A DNA stretch of 64,000 nucleotides from IMG/VR virus record IMGVR_UViG_3300021431_000075, positions 320,001 through 384,000 of that record, one strand, 5' to 3'. Origin of the DNA: a virus. Lineage: Duplodnaviria > Caudoviricetes. Every line of letters starts with the position of its first letter. The first letter of the stretch is position 1. This document shows positions 59,196 to 64,000 of the stretch, piece after piece. Made by a program: the position numbers and the translations under genes. Under the pieces are notes generated by a model that ran no database searches, was not told the DNA's origin, and saw nothing but the letters and a program-made list of their open reading frames with translations.

Positions 59196-59486
59196 ATGGA
59201 TGGATTTGGTTTTAACGATCAAGATTTGAACTTCACCATGCCGAATGTCTATGGATATGATACCATGAAGTGCGAGTGCGGTTGTGAGACTTTCACACGC
59301 GGGTACATATTCAAGAAGGTTCCCGGAATCTTGTTTGGCGGTGGTGTTGATGAAGTTCCTGTCCCGCTGGAAGTGTTTTTCTGCAGCAAATGCGGAACAA
59401 TTCCGGAATTTATTAAGAAGAAGCTGAAAAGCGAGGAAGAAAAGGCAAAGAAGGCAGAAGAAGCCAAGAAAACTCTCATTGTCTGA
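59196..59486 (+). CDS. zinc-ribbon hypothetical protein
   Basis: CECG..CSKCG. Confidence 0.75.
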   Translation: MDGFGFNDQDLNFTMPNVYGYDTMKCECGCETFTRGYIFKKVPGILFGGGVDEVPVPLEVFFCSKCGTIPEFIKKKLKSEEEKAKKAEEAKKTLIV

Positions 59487-60241
59487 TGGAAGTTGATAAC
59501 ATATACAATATGGACTGTCTTGAAGGGATGAAACTTCTGGACGACAAGTCGGTTGATTGTGTTATTTGTGATTTGCCTTATGGAATGACGAGCAACAAGT
59601 GGGATTCAATCATCCCGCTTGATGCTCTCTGGAAACAATACGACAGGGTTTGCAAGGATAATGCTGCCATTGTCTTGACTGCAAGTCAGCCGTTTTCAAG
59701 CATGCTTGTCATGTCTAATGTCCAGATGTTCAGACATGAGTGGATTTGGATAAAGAACCGCGGAAGCAATTTTGCAAATACAGTCAGAGAGCCGTTCAAG
59801 GAACATGAGCATGTTCTTGTGTTCAGCAAGGGCAAATGGACATATAACAAGCAGATGCAGGAAAGGACAGGAGGTGGCGCGGAAAGAGTCAAATATGACT
59901 TGACGTCTACATCGACAAGTTCCAATTACAGGAATTTTGACAAGCCGCAGACCAAGAACGCATCCGAGTTGAGAGTTCCGTCATCTTGGCAGAAGTTCAA
60001 CACTGAAACCGGTTTGCACCCGACACAGAAGCCGGTTGATTTGTTTAGATACTTGATACGGACATACACGAATGAAGGAGAACTTGTTCTTGACAATTGT
60101 ATTGGAAGTGGCACAACGGCTATTGCAGCATTGAGAGAAAAGCGTCATTTTGTCGGTTTTGAGTTGAATAAAGACTATTATGAGATTGCCACCAAAAGAA
60201 TAAAGGATGAGCAAGATTATATGTCTGAAAGTTTATTTTAA
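59486..60241 (+). CDS. N4/N6 DNA methyltransferase (beta class)
   Basis: DLPY, HPTQKP, DNCIGSGTT. Confidence 0.95.
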   Translation: MEVDNIYNMDCLEGMKLLDDKSVDCVICDLPYGMTSNKWDSIIPLDALWKQYDRVCKDNAAIVLTASQPFSSMLVMSNVQMFRHEWIWIKNRGSNFANTVREPFKEHEHVLVFSKGKWTYNKQMQERTGGGAERVKYDLTSTSTSSNYRNFDKPQTKNASELRVPSSWQKFNTETGLHPTQKPVDLFRYLIRTYTNEGELVLDNCIGSGTTAIAALREKRHFVGFELNKDYYEIATKRIKDEQDYMSESLF

Positions 60242-60278
60242 CCATTTAATTATTAACATTTTAATTATTTTGACAGTT

Positions 60279-60530
60279 ATGAGCAATTTATCAGAAAATA
60301 CAGTTGATACAATCACTTTGACACCACAATACGGTTTTTTTGCAGTTACGGTTGAAATTGAAGAAGAAGATTCAGAAACCGGAAAAACCAAGAAGACAAA
60401 GGAAGAACATCTTGTAGACGGAAAAAATGTTACAGATGTTGAGTCAAAGGTTGCAAAGGAGATGGACGGTGTCATGTCACCATGGAAGATAGTGAAATGT
60501 CAGACGTCTAAGATTATCGCAGTTTATTAA
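60279..60530 (+). CDS. DUF4494-like protein
   Basis: GK.KK.KE..LVD..V.D.E.KV pattern. Confidence 0.6.
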   Translation: MSNLSENTVDTITLTPQYGFFAVTVEIEEEDSETGKTKKTKEEHLVDGKNVTDVESKVAKEMDGVMSPWKIVKCQTSKIIAVY

Positions 60531-60540
60531 ATTTCAGAAC

Positions 60541-60596
60541 AAAAGTGGACTTTTTGAGATTGATTTGAATCAATGTATTCTTAATGAGTCCACTTT
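60541..60596 (+). terminator. long hairpin / terminator
   Basis: aaagtggact/agtccacttt. Confidence 0.6.
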
Positions 60597-60917
60597 GTGT
60601 TTTTGAAAGAATAAATCTGTGCATTTTCAACATTTATTGTATAATTTTCATGGTTTTGTGACAGTTTAATAAAAGACGGTTTTTGAATTCAATGAAAAAA
60701 ACTTTTCAAGTATTTTGAGTTTTTAATATTTTTTGGGATTGTATGAAAATTATTCAGCATGGATGTAAAGATTACATGTTTATGTTCTTGAAAATTGAGT
60801 TTTCAAACATCTTCAAAAGAGAGTATTTTGAAAAATTTAGCGCTTGGAACAAATAAATAAATTACCCTTCTTTTAAAAACTGTCAATGCCTATAAATTTT
60901 CAAAAGACTGAAGAAAA

Positions 60918-61550
60918 ATGAAAGAAACTAATTTCTGTTTAGACAGTGCAACTCCGATTATTTACAAAGAGAATATTGACGGAGAAGTCATTATAGAACC
61001 GATAAGCAATGCATATGAAAAGCATCAGGATGATGTTATTTACGTATGCGTGCATAAGTTCAATGAAACAGAGCATACTACCAGCATCGTTACTTGGGAA
61101 GAAGCGAAATTATGTCATACAGAGAGTATAAAGGAAGTTGTCATCTATCTACAGCCGGATGACTTTATGAACACGACGCTTGAAAGTGACAATGTGATTC
61201 GTGTTACTCCCAACCATGTGTTTCCGGTGTTGAAGCCAACGGGTCTGAAGAACATTGAGAGTTATCTTATTCAGACAGGAGATTTGATTCCGTTCGACAA
61301 GGGAAGAGAACTTGAAGAAGGTGTTGATGCAGAAGGATTGACAAACGAGTATATGCTTGAGAACAATTCCGTCCAGCGTCTTTATTATAGACATGTTATG
61401 AAAGTTTCGATTGACGAGTATGATGAGACCAAGGAAAACGGTTTTTCAAAAGATTTCTATGGTATCAAAATTACTGCAAAGGATGCGCCAAGCAAATACT
61501 TTATGATTTGTAATGGTGCTATCAGCCATGATTCTTCAGTAGAATACTAA
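60918..61550 (+). CDS. stand-alone Hint (intein-like) domain protein
   Basis: Cys7 CLDSATPI, TPNHVFP, GDLI, FYGI..YFMICNGAISHD/S. Confidence 0.85.
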   Translation: MKETNFCLDSATPIIYKENIDGEVIIEPISNAYEKHQDDVIYVCVHKFNETEHTTSIVTWEEAKLCHTESIKEVVIYLQPDDFMNTTLESDNVIRVTPNHVFPVLKPTGLKNIESYLIQTGDLIPFDKGRELEEGVDAEGLTNEYMLENNSVQRLYYRHVMKVSIDEYDETKENGFSKDFYGIKITAKDAPSKYFMICNGAISHDSSVEY

Positions 61551-61635
61551 TTTTTGTTAATAATATATCGGCAATATGCTTGTTGCATGGAGTATGCTGT
61601 GTATTTGCCGGTATTCTAAATTTATACTTATAACA

Positions 61636-64000
61636 ATGAATGTAGAGAAAATGGACGGCACTATACAGCCGTTTAAATTTGACAAGATTGTGCGTGTTGT
61701 TCAGCGTGTTTTTGAGAGCAAGCCTGTGTGTGGTAAGGTTCCCGATAAGCTGATTGATGGTCTCAGGAAGTATTTTGAGAACTTTGTTTCCAAGAGTGAC
61801 AAGAAGGATTTGAACTATGCTTTACCTGTCGAGGACATACAGAACACGATTCGCGACTTTCTTATCATGAATAACCAGCCTATTGCTGTTGATAGTTTTA
61901 TTACATACAGGAATAAGAAGAACGAGATTCGTGAAAAGAAGTCATGGTTGACAAAAGATGTTGCAAGCAAGTTGAACGGAAAGAACCCTGAGAATCAGAA
62001 CGCCAATGTTGACGAGTCTTCTTTTGGCGGAAGAATGGGCGAAGCGACAAGAGTTGTGACGAAGGATTATGCTCTTAAGTTTTGTATGTCCAAGAAGTCA
62101 AGACACAATCATGAGAAGAATTTCATCTATATTCATGACCTTGATAGTTATGCTGTTGGAGAGCATAACTGCCTGAGTTGTCCGCTTGACAATCTTCTGA
62201 CCAAGGGTTTCAATACTCGTCAGACAGATGTTCGAAGCGCGAAGAGCGTGAACACTGCAAGTCAGTTAACGGCAGTCATATTCCAGATTCAGTCATTGCA
62301 GCAGTTTGGCGGCGTGTCGGCAACACATATTGACTGGACGATGGTTCCGTTCATCAGACGTTCGTTCGAAAAGCATTATATCTCGAACTGGATTGAAGAT
62401 TTGCAAGAGTTTGCCGAACTTGATATAGAGGACATGTCTTATGAGGATTTCAACAATTGGGTTGAGAAGAAAACAACTGAATTCTTTATAGAGACTGGTT
62501 ATGAAGATTCTGATTTCAAGTTTTCAAATAAGGAAAAGTTTGATAAGAAATTGTATCAGAAGGCTTTGAAGGAGACAAGAGATGAGACGTATCAGGCTGT
62601 CGAGGGTATGTATCATAATCTGAATACGCTTCAGAGTCGTAGCGGAAACCAGTTGCCGTTCTCATCCCTGAACTACGGAACTTGTACAGAGCGCGAGGGA
62701 CGTATGTTCACGAAGGCTTTGCTTGAAGTTTCATATCGCGGTCTTGGAAAGTTCGGCAAGACTTCCATTTTTCCTTGCGGCATTTTCCAGTACAAGAAAG
62801 GCATCAATGACAAGCCGGGCACAATCAACTATGATTTGAAGCTGCTTGCGTTAAAGTCAACATCAAAGAGACTTTATCCTAACTATGCGAACTGCGACTG
62901 GAGCAATCAGGTTGCATGGAAGAAACTTGACAACAAGGTCAAGCAGGGTGTTATAGATGAACTTACTGATGACGAGAGAAAGATTCTTGTTGAGCGTGTT
63001 AAAGACAATGGTGAACTTGCATATCATTTGAGTTTGAATGTTGTCAATGACGAACTTGTTCTTGACGAGCGAGAGAAACCGGAAGAGATGTTCTCTACGA
63101 TGGGTTGCCGCACAGTGAACGGTTTTGATGTCAATTTTGAGAACTCGTATAGGAACAATGTGATGCAGGTTATCAAGGACGGTACCTTGTATGATGATAT
63201 GACTTCGGGAGTCCAGAAGGACGGTCGTGGAAACATTTGTCCAGCCACGATTATTCTTCCGAAGATTGCCATGCTTGCAAAGAAACAAGAGGAAGAGTGT
63301 TGCACAGACGGAGAGAATCCATCAAGTGAAGATATTATCAACAGGTTCTTCTGCATATTGAAGAAGAAGATTAACGAGTCTAAAGATTCATTGATTGAGC
63401 GATTCAGATATGTGACTTCACAGCCTGCTGCATCAGCGAAGTTTATGTATGAGAACCATACGATGAGCGGTTATGTCGAGAGTGAGGGAATCGTGTCCGC
63501 ATTGAGGCATGGAACTTTGACAATCGGTCAGATAGGTATTGCAGAGACTGTTTATATTCTTACTGGTGATTATCATACAACACCTGCGGGAATGGAAGTT
63601 GCAAAAAAGATTGAGCAGTTGTTCTTGGATAAGTGCAATCAGTTCAAGAAAGAGACCAATCTTAATTTCGGTGTTTACTACACGCCGGCAGAAAGTCTTT
63701 GCTATACTGCTTTTAAGAAGTTCAAGGCAGAGTATGGTGATATGGAAGGTGTTACTTACTTTATCAATGACAAAGGCGAGCGCGAAGACAAGATGTACTT
63801 CACGAACAGTATCCATGTGCCGGTATATCTGCATATGACACCGTTTGAGAAAATTGACATCGAGAAGCAGCTGACGGGTTATAGCAATGCAGGATGCATC
63901 ACTTATATTGAAGTCGATCATGATGTTGTTCATAATATCAAGGCGCTTGAGGACTATGTTGATTATGCAATGGATAGTGATATTCCGTATTTTGCAATTA
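61636..64000 (+). CDS. nrdD: anaerobic (class III) ribonucleoside-triphosphate reductase with ATP cone; 3' truncated
   Basis: ATP cone; ENQNANVDE, YIHDLD..NC, NTLQSRSGNQLPF, TSIFP, MGCRT, TPAESL, YFTNS.HVPV. Confidence 0.97.
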   Translation, partial: MNVEKMDGTIQPFKFDKIVRVVQRVFESKPVCGKVPDKLIDGLRKYFENFVSKSDKKDLNYALPVEDIQNTIRDFLIMNNQPIAVDSFITYRNKKNEIREKKSWLTKDVASKLNGKNPENQNANVDESSFGGRMGEATRVVTKDYALKFCMSKKSRHNHEKNFIYIHDLDSYAVGEHNCLSCPLDNLLTKGFNTRQTDVRSAKSVNTASQLTAVIFQIQSLQQFGGVSATHIDWTMVPFIRRSFEKHYISNWIEDLQEFAELDIEDMSYEDFNNWVEKKTTEFFIETGYEDSDFKFSNKEKFDKKLYQKALKETRDETYQAVEGMYHNLNTLQSRSGNQLPFSSLNYGTCTEREGRMFTKALLEVSYRGLGKFGKTSIFPCGIFQYKKGINDKPGTINYDLKLLALKSTSKRLYPNYANCDWSNQVAWKKLDNKVKQGVIDELTDDERKILVERVKDNGELAYHLSLNVVNDELVLDEREKPEEMFSTMGCRTVNGFDVNFENSYRNNVMQVIKDGTLYDDMTSGVQKDGRGNICPATIILPKIAMLAKKQEEECCTDGENPSSEDIINRFFCILKKKINESKDSLIERFRYVTSQPAASAKFMYENHTMSGYVESEGIVSALRHGTLTIGQIGIAETVYILTGDYHTTPAGMEVAKKIEQLFLDKCNQFKKETNLNFGVYYTPAESLCYTAFKKFKAEYGDMEGVTYFINDKGEREDKMYFTNSIHVPVYLHMTPFEKIDIEKQLTGYSNAGCITYIEVDHDVVHNIKALEDYVDYAMDSDIPYFAI

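Noticed and set aside
62863-63933. Listed ORFs 62863-63288, 63024-63356, 63433-63933 and 63539-63838
   Set aside because: These are shadow frames of nrdD, which the ORF track missed because it lacks a stop in the window. Similar antisense ORFs across the window were also ignored.
1-64000. TAG-to-Gln recoding as in Lak megaphages
   Set aside because: Conserved genes (fhs, prs, dcm, nrdD) are full length in the standard code, and most TAG stops are followed by intergenic-looking DNA.
1-64000. Apparent excess of CCGG and scarcity of CCWGG/CTAG
   Set aside because: This is an impression by eye only; it needs a Markov-corrected k-mer count.

Overview
This window is a 64 kb segment of a large, AT-rich, T4-like (jumbo) bacteriophage genome that uses the standard genetic code. 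The host is probably a member of the Bacteroidota: there are many TAnnTTTG promoters, no obvious Shine-Dalgarno sites, and host-like Prs and Fhs. Most genes are on the + strand, with long runs of small early hypothetical genes. Recognisable genes include four WG-repeat paralogs, denV, a YopX-like gene, four C5 methyltransferases, one N4/N6 methyltransferase, a DUF1848 radical-SAM-like protein, fhs, an HD-Pnk fusion, prs, an RlaP-like nucleotidyltransferase, a DUF4407 protein, an AAA+ ATPase, a tail-tube-like protein, a tail-fibre-like protein, a putative sliding clamp, an S1-domain protein, and nrdD (runs off the end; missing from the ORF track). Main findings: (1) a free-standing Hint/intein gene with 6- and 5-residue exteins and a His-Asp-Ser end, just upstream of nrdD; (2) a TnpB-like element without TnpA that splits a gene at a TTTATG direct repeat and carries a replacement promoter; (3) dispersed adhesin-like genes starting MSF(F)RRxL, one inserted into a duplicated promoter/terminator shell; (4) a split C5 methyltransferase with a mini-intein at its catalytic Cys, next to a candidate nuclease; (5) three promoter classes, including a phage-type TAAACT-N17-TATACT; (6) a structured leader on the S1 gene. 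No tRNA, rRNA or CRISPR array was seen. All family calls are from motif recognition by eye; no database searches were run.
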